Shown one piece after another: positions 54,372 through 64,000 of a stretch of 64,000 nucleotides of DNA. The first letter of the stretch is position 1, and each line of letters starts with the position of its first letter. The translations under genes were made by a program, and so were the position numbers. Under the pieces are notes generated by a model. That model did no database searches. It was not told the DNA's origin and worked only from the letters and a program-made list of their open reading frames with translations. The stretch spans positions 61,256,001 to 61,320,000 of the forward strand of contig NC_043001.1 of the NCBI RefSeq assembly GCF_006345805.1, written 5' to 3'. This DNA comes from Octopus sinensis. Lineage: Eukaryota.

Positions 54372-54372
<1 letters not shown>
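53816..54372. mobile_element. 344-nt HHR-bearing monomer with terminal redundancy plus an inverted partial copy (retrozyme-like)
   Basis: Order A-B-C-D-A followed by the reverse complement of D-A-B. A = 53816-53848 = 54160-54192; the inverted part is 54191-54372; TA-rich or (TA)n flanks. Confidence 0.85.
53974..54018 (-). ncRNA. Type I hammerhead ribozyme, compact and intact
   Basis: cacacg-CTGATGA-agggt aaat acctt-GAAA-ctcggg-TA-cgtgtg; perfect 6-bp helix I; 5-bp helix II; quasi-palindromic helix III; predicted cut between 53980 and 53979. Confidence 0.92.
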
Positions 54373-54402
<30 letters not shown>

Positions 54403-54803
54403 GGGTGTGTGTGTGTAAGTGGGGGTGAATGTGTATGTGCGAGTGAGTGTGTGTATATGTGTACATATATTGATTTTTTCAAAACACATATGCCCTTAAA
54501 AATAATAAGACAAAATTAAGTGTTACATGTACACGGAGATATATATATATACACACCCGTTATCCTTCTTCCCGTTATTCCATTCAAGATTCAATGTGCC
54601 TCACGTATATTCACAACTCAGTCTATTCAGATATACATTGAATTCATTATGCCTCTATGACATTATATACGCCTGTCGTTGTAATTATTTATATATCTAA
54701 CTTACTATTAACTTGTCATTCTTCCTATCATTTTCTCTCTCTCCATTTCGATGTATATATATATATATTTATATAGGTACTCACATGCATATATATATAT
54801 ATG

Positions 54804-54855
<52 letters not shown>

Positions 54856-55350
54856 AAGAACCTATTTTAAACTCTGTTGGACTTTTGGATTTTACTCATA
54901 AGATATTGGAATATTGCATATGCACCATTATACCTAAAAAATTGGATTTACAACTTCAATATCCATACATATCTTGCATCTATTTTCTTTCCTTTTGCAT
55001 CACATCTAAACTATGACTTAATCATCCTAGAAACAGCTGTAAGACCTATCTATAAATGCTCTAATATCTACTCAGCCTTGGATTTTTATCTTATTACGCA
55101 CAAAATTCTTATATATATATACATTTATATATATAAACATATATATATATATATACATATATGGCGGTGCCCCAGCATGGCCACAGCTCATAAGCTGAAA
55201 CTGGAATCAATCAATCAATATAATATATTTAAAATTATGATTAAGGATATCTAAAAGATACCAGCATGCTAGAGCTAGCAGTCAAAACATGTCTCTAAAA
55301 CCACATCAAGTATTCATACAGCACCATGATTTTAAATAACGATCTCATCG

Positions 55351-55400
<50 letters not shown>

Positions 55401-56016
55401 GTGTGTGTGTGTGTATGTATATATATATATTAATAATAATAATAAATGGCAACAAAAGAATGAGATATTATGTAAATATAGGAATTTATATGAGTATGTG
55501 TGTCTGTGTGTACAGATTTATGTTTACCGCATATAAGCATATGTATATATGTGAGTCTATGTATTTGTGTTTGAGTGCTTATGTAGATATAAGCATAGTA
55601 ATATTATGTATAGCAGTTGAACACCTGGTGGTAATAATAAATAAATATAACTGACAGATGTATACAACAAAAGAGCTTCAGAAAGTAATTTCATATAATC
55701 TTCCAGTTTCAATGCAATACTTTGCATTTTGTTTCGTTATTTTTCTACATATTTTCAATCTAATTTATATATTTGATTTCTAATTCAATTTTTTATTGTA
55801 TAATCTATTTACCTGTCATTCTACATTCTTATTCATTAATAGCCGACGTGTGGAATATTTCTATTTTTATTTATAAATTGTAAATATTTCTTGATATAAT
55901 TTTTTTAAATATTGTACTAAGGTTTATTCGGAAGTTAAAAGGAAATTGTCGGTGTGACTCTAGGAACATTTTAACTCCTATTTTTGTGATGGCATATGAA
56001 CACGTGCGAGGTATGG

Positions 56017-56622
56017 TTACAGCAGTGCTTGGAAGGAAATTGTGTAGCGTGTGATCGTCGCATTGACCGTGACAGAGAAAGTTGTGATGGCGATATGCGC
56101 TCAGAGGCGTATGCAAAGTTGCAGATAGTGTCTGTAGGTGGGTGTGTGAACGCACACAAGTGTACGAGCGCTTCAGATGTTTCCATGTTGGCCGAAAAAA
56201 TGTTAATATTGACGAAAGTTCCGAGAGATCCTCAACCAGCAGAACTTAGAAAATAATCGCAGATGTGCGTGCAGCTGTGAGGGGAATCGCTGAATAACCA
56301 TCCGTGAGTTATCAGAGGATATTTAGATTAGTTACAGTTGAGTGCAGTCCATTATCACTGAAGATTTGGGTATGAGACGCGTATCTGTCGTTGTGTCAAA
56401 ACTGCTTCCAGTTGACCAAAAAGACACTCGGCTTTCGGTTGCACGAGATTTACTTGATTGTGTCGAGCATGATGAAAACTTTTTGAAAACTTTGCGTAGG
56501 CCTCTGAGCAAGTATCGCCAAGCTTTTGGCAAAATTTGATGCAGATTCTCTGCTCAACCTTCTCTGTCATGGTCAAATCGACGATCACACGCTACACATC
56601 TTCCTTCCAAACACTGCTGTAA
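56017..56622. mobile_element. Rearranged mariner-like remnant with the 5' transposase region in both orientations
   Basis: Plus strand SIITEDLGMRRVS..QKDTRLSVARDLL; minus strand MTEKVEQRICIKFCQKLGDTCSEAYAK; arms 56017-56120 and 56488-56622 are inverted copies. Confidence 0.75.
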
Positions 56623-58424
56623 GCATGAGCTAGAACTTTGACACTTAGTGTGCATGCACAATGGTGTTTAAGGTCAATCTGTACCAAGCAGCTTTACTCA
56701 CTGTATTTTAGCTTCGTTACTACAGCAGTAGTCCGGATACTTATTGATCTGAACACATTCATATTTTATACAATTGAAATTTCACATAGTATGATTCTTA
56801 CGTTTTAAATAACCATTATCCCAGTATATAAATTTCAATTCTTGCAAGCGTGAAACTAACAAAATTGCATACTTCTGGTACAAAAATACTTTTATTTTAC
56901 ACATTCTTTAATTTGTGAAACTGTATTTGGCTACATTTAATTCATCAGGCACCGTATCGTAATAGGTCTATCACAATACTCTGAATTTCATGTTTCCATC
57001 TCAAGATTGCCGTTGAACCCGTAACAAAATATTCTTAAATGTTGGCAAACACACTTTATTTTTTCGGCAATGATTGCTTATAGCAAGATAACATTTCTTA
57101 TTTTAGAATACAAATTATCAATAATTTAGTATTGTGCTCCGGGATGATGAGACTAATTGTACACAATTTTTCTTCGTCTTGTGAAGAAAAGGATAGTTGA
57201 GTTTCTCGCTGAAATTGACCAACGCTACTTTTCGTGTGTTGCAAAACATATTTTACCATTTACTAAGCAAAATTACCCAGCGGAATATAGGCTCCACATT
57301 TCAATAGCACACACTTATATGAGGTACTTTCAAAGCCTGTTAAGCGAGAGCTTAATTTGGTTTCACTGAATTAAAATATCTTATGTAATCCAATGTGAAA
57401 TAAATGGATCATAGAGCTGTATCACTGACAGGAATTCAACTGTTGTAAAGAATAAGATGGATGTTTACAATCAACATCTACGTACTTTGAGAATTCTAAA
57501 AGAATTCTCTGTTTTCGGTAGATGAAACAACTCCTTCGGTATTTCTAAAAATTATAGTTGTTAAATATTTTTGATTCATTGAAACGTTTAACCATGATCC
57601 GATTCTCGATGAAAATATTAAAAATAAAGATCTTTCCTGCATACGATCAAATTTGCTCCTTATAAAATATTATGGATTTCTCCCACTTTCTGTCTTCCTA
57701 TCATTGAAATAGTACCATCCTAAAATATATTAAAGCGACTTGTTGAGTAAGACCGGAACAATGCGAAAAGATACAAAATAAAATACAAAAAGTTTCTATA
57801 TTTCAGGGCATGTAGATAAGCGAGGGAGGGATAAAGATCGTTGCTCAGATATGTGAGTGAGCAAGAGGATGAGATGAACAAACCCGTGTTGCTATAGTAA
57901 CCAGAGTGCTTCATGAAGCTATTTTCTGTTGTTCATGGCTGGTCGCAGGTTGTTAAGGAGGGTCTGCATGATATTTAGATTGCCTCTATTGCCTTTATAT
58001 TCTGAGTTTAGTACTTTGGTAGGAGTCAACCTAACTGATAATTACGCATATCACCATGTCACATAAATTAATAAATATAAGCTGCAATGTGAACGAAGAA
58101 GTGATATACAGTGTTGAACACGAGGATGAATAAATAAAAGAAAAGCGTAAATAAGTATGAATAAGAGGGCAGAAGGAAGATAAAAATCAATAACACGACT
58201 TAATGGTTAGAGATGCAGTAATTTGGTGAACATTATATAAAGCATGTTACTATAGAACACTTTCAGTTAATGACTAGAAAACGGTTTTATGCTCCGTGAG
58301 GGTAGTTATTTTCCTGACATCACTGGAGAGAAGAACATGCTTTTGAAAAATCCCATCAGCAACTTCACGGGAATCCACTTTAAACTTTTAACAATTGTCT
58401 TGTCACGTGAGCAAGATCATTTAA

Positions 58425-60000
58425 CTACATAGATGGCTTCCAGAGGAGAAGAGTAGAAATTACTTCTTTTTCAGCTCTACAACAATGTCCAGCAAACTGG
58501 ACTCTCCTACCTTTCACAAGGGATGACATAGGTGGTAGTTTCCCATATATTTGCATTTTGGTTGGATGGCGCTTCCACGAGAGATTTTGAGCTCTCATAA
58601 GGAGGCGAGTGTAGGTTCCATCCAACCGCCTCTCGAGCTTCTTTGATAACGTCCAGGTTTCTGAGCCATATAGTAGACTTGGTTTGACTGTGGCTTTGAA
58701 TATTTCAAGTTTGAAGTCTCTACTTAGATTTGATGACCAGATCTTATGCATGTCATTACAGGCTGACCAGGCCATACCCTTTCTAGTTAGAAAGTCTTTT
58801 CCAGATGATGATATGTATGACCCAAGATATTTATAATCAGAAACCATATTTAAAGGCGCACTATTGAGAGTATGGATGATGCAATCACTGTTGGACAGGC
58901 ACTTGTTTATGTATTCCGTTTTGGCCTCATTGAGGTAAAGACCTACACAATTTGAGGCTTGTTCAAGAGATTGTAAAAGAGACTGGGCATTGGAGAGAGA
59001 ATCACTGATAAGAGCGATGTCGTCAGCAAAGTCTGTGTCTGTCAAGTACTCAGCTGGGTGTCTGGAACTTCTTCTTGGTTTTATTTCAAAGCCCTTGCCA
59101 GAGATGGTATCAACTGACATACGTAGCACATAATCAACGACAATGATGAAAAGAAATGGGGCGAGTGTGTCTCCCTGCAGTATTCCGGCTTTGATTGAGA
59201 AAGATGGTATTTCTCCGTCAGGGGTTAAGATGGTTGACGACGTATCTGTGTAGAGGACCTTGATGGCAGAAATGATTTTGTCTGGTATCCCATAGAGCTT
59301 AAGGATTTCAAACATCTTGTACCTATCTACAGAATCAAACGCTTTAGAAAAGTCTACAAATACCAAGATCGCGATTAAATGCTTTTGATTCTTCAATAAG
59401 TCTGCGTAGGCATAGTATCTGGCTCAGCGTTGAGCGCCCATATCTGAATCCATTTTGGTTCTTTCGGAGCAAATGTTCAACAAAAAGGACAAGACGATTT
59501 AGGATCAGTTTGTTGTACAGTTTTGCATCAATTGACATTAGAGATATACCCCTGTAGTTGGTGACGAGGGATAAATCGCCTTTTTTGGGTATTGGAATGA
59601 TTTGAGATTGGTGCCAAATCTTTGGAGCGACAAAGGTGGAAAGTGTGTGGTTGCAGAGGTTGAGCAAAAGTGTGTGAAATCTATCATCCTTCCAAATTAC
59701 AGCTGGGATGTTGTCGGGACCAAATGCTTTCGAGGCTTTTAGTTGCTTGGTGGCTGCTGTTAGTTCAAATATGGTAAAAGGGGAGGTGTTGATGTCCAGC
59801 GTGTCTGATATAGGCACACTTGGAAGAGTGGGGTTATCAGGGATTTTGGCATTCTTCCCAAGGAGGTTTTTAAAATGGGTTGACCAATTTTCTAAACGCT
59901 TCTTAGCTGATCCCCCTTTAATTCTAATTGATGACCCAGAATTTTTACCTGATAGGTCTTTGATGGATTTCCAGGCGAGATGGTGTTTTGTTTTTGCCAT
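58425..60000 (-). mobile_element. RTE-like LINE reverse transcriptase, 5'-truncated, one frameshift
   Basis: KAFGPDNIP, NYRGISL, NQNGFR, FVDFSKAFD, GILQGDTLAP, DFADDIAL, YKYLGS, LLYGSETW; ORFs of 218 and 323 aa overlap near 59345-59396. Confidence 0.92.
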
Positions 60001-60248
60001 TGAAAGGTTTTTTTATGCCATTTATCAGTAAGAAAGTATAAGGCAGCAGTTTTAGCACGGGATTTCAAAGAAGAGTGTAGCTAGAGTGGCAGCCTGGAAA
60101 ATGCCACATTAAATTCTTGTATCTCCAGCATTAAAAGATTCATTGTCACTGTTCAAAGCCATAGTGGGCCTCCATGATCTCATACTTACAGAGAAGCAGT
60201 TTCAAGGAGAAGGTTCTTAATCCAGCTATGTGGTAGAGTTCCAAGAGC

Positions 60249-60250
<2 letters not shown>

Positions 60251-60316
<66 letters not shown>

Positions 60317-60370
60317 CATTATTATTATTATTATTATTATTATATTATTATTATATATTATTATTATTAT

Positions 60371-60420
<50 letters not shown>
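60251..60420. repeat. (TAT/TAA)n tract forming the 3' tail or target of the adjacent LINE
   Basis: Directly visible; abuts the 3' UTR of the 60425-64000 element. Confidence 0.95.
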
Positions 60421-60424
<4 letters not shown>

Positions 60425-60426
<2 letters not shown>

Positions 60427-63400
60427 CAGTTTTATTTTTATATCGTGCTTTCACTTCACTACCGAGCGCAGCTCTGTGTGCTTTGGGTATGTGCTGTGCT
60501 TTTTTGTGATGCTCTGATGGTTACTGTATTGAAAGTGTTCTGCGTAGGATGTGGGCAGTGCCCAGTAGTGCAATTTTCTGTATGTTATATGTGTTTGTAA
60601 GTCCTGGTATTTTTGTTATGTATTTGTCTGAATATTTTTTTATCATGCCTAATGCACCTACTATGATAGGAATTGTCTCTGTTTTTAGATTCCACATTCG
60701 AGTTACCTCTATTTCCAGGTCTTTGTATTTTGAAAGTTTCTCCATTTCTTTTAGAGATACATTGTCATCTGCCGGTATTGATACAGCAATTAGAAAACAT
60801 TTTTTTTTCTTCATGATATATGAGAACTATATCTGGTCTGTTGGCCTTAATTTCTCTGTGTGTATTGGCATATCCCAGAGTATGGTTGCTTTCTCGTTTT
60901 CTATGACCTTTTCAGGGGTGTGCCTATACCATCTTCTTTCTCTTGTTATTTCATAATGTTGGCATAGCTTCCAGTGTATGAAAGTCACAACTCTGTTGTG
61001 TCTGTGAATATATTCCTTCTTAGCCAGGACTGGGCAGCCAGAGATATGATTTATTGTTTCTTGTCCATCTCCACATATTCTGCAGTTACTTGTAATATTT
61101 CTTTTCATTATATGCTTTTGGTAATTTCTGGTAGAGAGGCTTTGGTCTTGTGCTGCAATTAAAAAATCCCTCTGTCTCTACTTTGAGTCCTGAGCTTCTC
61201 AACCATTGCTGGGATTTTTCTTTGTCTATTTCTTTTGCATTTAGTTTAATCCAGTATTTGCCATGAAGGGGCTTTTCTTGCCGTCGTTTTATCATGGTTC
61301 GTTGCTGTTCTAGTTTTAGTTTCGATTTCATTTGTTCTATAGTTTTGTTGTTTCTTCATCTTCTTCTTCTTCTTCATATTTGTTAAGTGGTATGATTTCT
61401 TGTTTGTATTTGTCAGCTTCCTTAAATACTGAGAACAGTTTTGCCGATATTTGTATCAGTTTTCCTTGCTTATGAAGTAGGTATTTTTGCAGTCCTATGG
61501 TGGTTATTTTATAATAGTTTTTCAGCTGTATTAGGCCTCTACCCTCTTCTATACGTCGTATATATAACCTTTCTATGTCAGAGTTTGGGTGATGCATCCT
61601 AGATCCTGTCATTATTTTTCTTGTTTTCCTATCTATTTTGGTCAGTTCATTTAGTGTCCAGTTAATGGTATTTTAGCTGTAACTCATAACTAGGACGGCT
61701 AAAGTGTTAATACCTATTGTTATTAGCATTGAGCTCTGTTTTGAGTATTGATCTAACTCGTCTATAATATTCTTTTTTTTATTTTCTCTTTCATTTGTGT
61801 GTGTTGTGTCTTATCTAGTCCATGGACTCCTAAGTATTTGTAAGTTTGGCTTTGGTCTAATTCTCATATTTCATTGGCTTTATCTAGTGTGATGTTGCTA
61901 CTCTTTACTAGTTTTCCTCTTTTCATGGTTACTTTGGCGCATTTTTCTAATCCAAATTTCATATCTATTTCTTTGATAAGTCCATGAACTGTCTTTAGTA
62001 GTGTTTCTAGCTGTTTGTCATTTGTAGCGTACAGTTTTAGGTCATCCATATATAAAAGGTGGCTGATCGTTTTGCCGTAACATTTATATCCGCATCCAGT
62101 TCTATTTAGCATATCAGATAGAGGTGACAATACCAAACAGAAAAGGAGTGGAGAGAGCGTGTCTCCCTGGAATATTCCTCTTCTAATGGGGATGGCTTTG
62201 GTTTACACGAGTCCCTCTTTTGTTTGGAGCTGTAGCACAGTCTGCCATTTATTCATAGAATGTCCTATGCATTTTATAATTGTTGGTGCTACGTTGTTAA
62301 TGGCTAGTGTTTCGAGGATCCATGTGTGGGAATGCTATCAAACGTCGTTCGGTAGTCGATCCAGGCCATACTGAAGCCTTTCTTCTTTCTGCAGTTATGG
62401 CTTTATTGATCATTAGTTGATCGTTACAGCCATATGAGCCCTTGCGGTTGTTTTCGTCCAGGTGCTCATTCAATCTTTGTGGTATTACTGCAACAAAGGC
62501 TTTGTACATAGTAGGGAGACAGGTTATAGGTCTGTAGTTTTCTGGTTTTGCCGTTTCATTGGATTTGGGAATTGAGATGGTTTTCCCTTTCGTGAGCCAT
62601 ACAGGGACTGTGTCTGGCTCTGCCAGTATGTTGTAAAAGTTTTCAGCCAGCTTTTTGTGTATTACTGTCAGATATTTCAGCCAGAAGTTGTGGATCTTTT
62701 CGTTCCCAGGTCCCTTCCAGTTGCTTAGGCTTTTCAGTGCCTGGGTGACCTCTTCAGTTGTTATGGGGGTCCAGAGTTGCTCAGATGCTAAGTTTGTTGT
62801 TTTAATGCTCCTTTTTTGTGGTTGTTCATTCGCCGACCATATTTCTTTCCAGAATTCTTCCACTTCTTCTGCAGTGATGTCTATTTTATTTTTGCCAAGT
62901 TCTTGGTAGAACTTTTTGGAGTTGGAGTTGAACTGTTTGTTTTGTTCAAAGAAACGTTGGTGTTTCTCATACCGGAAGATCCTTTGTGCTCTGGTAAGAG
63001 TATCATATTTTAGCTTTTCTTTTATCTCAGGTAAACCGTTTTCTGTGATGTTGTATTTGCACAGTATTTTTGTTTTCGTTTTGTTGCTTAGTAGCGTTGA
63101 TTGTCTACGAATTTAGTTACGAATCGACAGATCTTTCGTAATTCTTTGCATTTTTAATGTTATTTATCCACAGGGTTTGTTTGGGTGGTGGTACTCCTGT
63201 TTGTATGGGTTTGAGGGAGTATCCAGCTTCTTTTGTGGCTGCAGTGGCTGCTGCATATACTATTTCATTTAGCTCAGTGATATCGCTATTTGTTTCAGTT
63301 GCTATTAGCTCTGTGACGGCTAGGTTTATGTTGTTTTTTATTGATGTTGTTTTTTTGTCTATTTTGATTTTTGGGAGGTTTGGTTGGTGGTCCATTTTGA

Positions 63401-64000
63401 GATCTGTGTTTTTCAGTTCTTTGATTATTCTACTTTTTATAGTATCATAATAATTAGGCTCCCCTTCGATGTTTCCAGGTTTTAGATTTGTGTCGCTTTC
63501 TTTCTCATTCGTAGGTTTGCCTGTCGTGTTTTGGCTTGCTGCTTGTCGTGCATTATTATGCTTCCTTACGGTCTGGGTTTGTTGTTTTTTGTTTACATCG
63601 TTTTTGTTGGAAATGTTTTGTTTGTCTTCGTGTTTTACTATCTCAGTGTTTATATTATTTGGCATTGTTGTGTGGCTTCTATCTACATTTTCCTGATGTA
63701 TTTTTCCTTTTAAATCTTCTTTTTCTATGTGTGTGTAATGTTTTTGCATTGAGAATATATCTTCATACGTTAGCTAGTTTATTAGGGTTCATTGCTGTAT
63801 CCAAGTCTTTATTTATGTTATTTTTCTTCCATATTTTTATATGTATATGTTATTGTGTTTTCGTTCTTTGGGCAGAGCACTGCTGTAAAGTAAGCGTGTA
63901 GGATAGAAATGTATTCCTCACGAGTCCATTTATGCCTTTTTGGTTTTATTTGCAGAACATGAGGAGCAGCGTCCGGCCCATTATTTTGACGGTGGTCATT
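60425..64000 (-). mobile_element. Long R4/Dong-like RLE LINE, pseudogenised, 5' end outside the window
   Basis: HKWTREEY and NKLANV at the N-terminus, NWKGPG..HNFWLK, YRPITCL, HLLYMDDLKLY, WLRSSGLKVETEG, CRICG..H..GC, ILWDMPIHT, AVSIPADD, KYKDL, IIVGALG; 3' UTR then (TAA)n; several stops and frameshifts. Confidence 0.92.

Noticed and set aside
55645-55690. Possible 27-nt micro-exon (cag...gtaatt) and splice-donor-like sites near 13510-13580
   Set aside because: No polypyrimidine tract or neighbouring exons; not distinguishable from chance without transcript data.

Overview
AT-rich, microsatellite-dense eukaryotic DNA with no recognisable host gene. The SINE and repeat content looks cephalopod (Octopus-like); this is an inference, not a database result. 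It is mostly decayed transposable elements: Penelope-like elements (PLEs; RT and GIY-YIG remnants), several R4/Dong-like LINEs (restriction-like endonuclease, RLE) next to (TAA)n tracts, RTE-type LINEs, Tc1/mariner relics, tRNA-type SINEs, a palindromic MITE and one near-intact 5S rRNA copy without a terminator. The main unexpected signal is at least 13 type I hammerhead ribozyme (HHR) motifs with short, mostly palindromic helix III. Several sit in non-coding monomers of about 549, 574 and 344 nt that occur as tandem or circularly permuted copies inside (TA)n tracts. Two of these loci flip strand at a microhomology junction. This fits retrozyme-like, PLE-dependent elements that may pass through circular RNA. 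The 549-nt array carries six HHRs with a non-canonical CCGAUGA core. All alignments and folds were done by eye; ribozyme activity and expression are untested.
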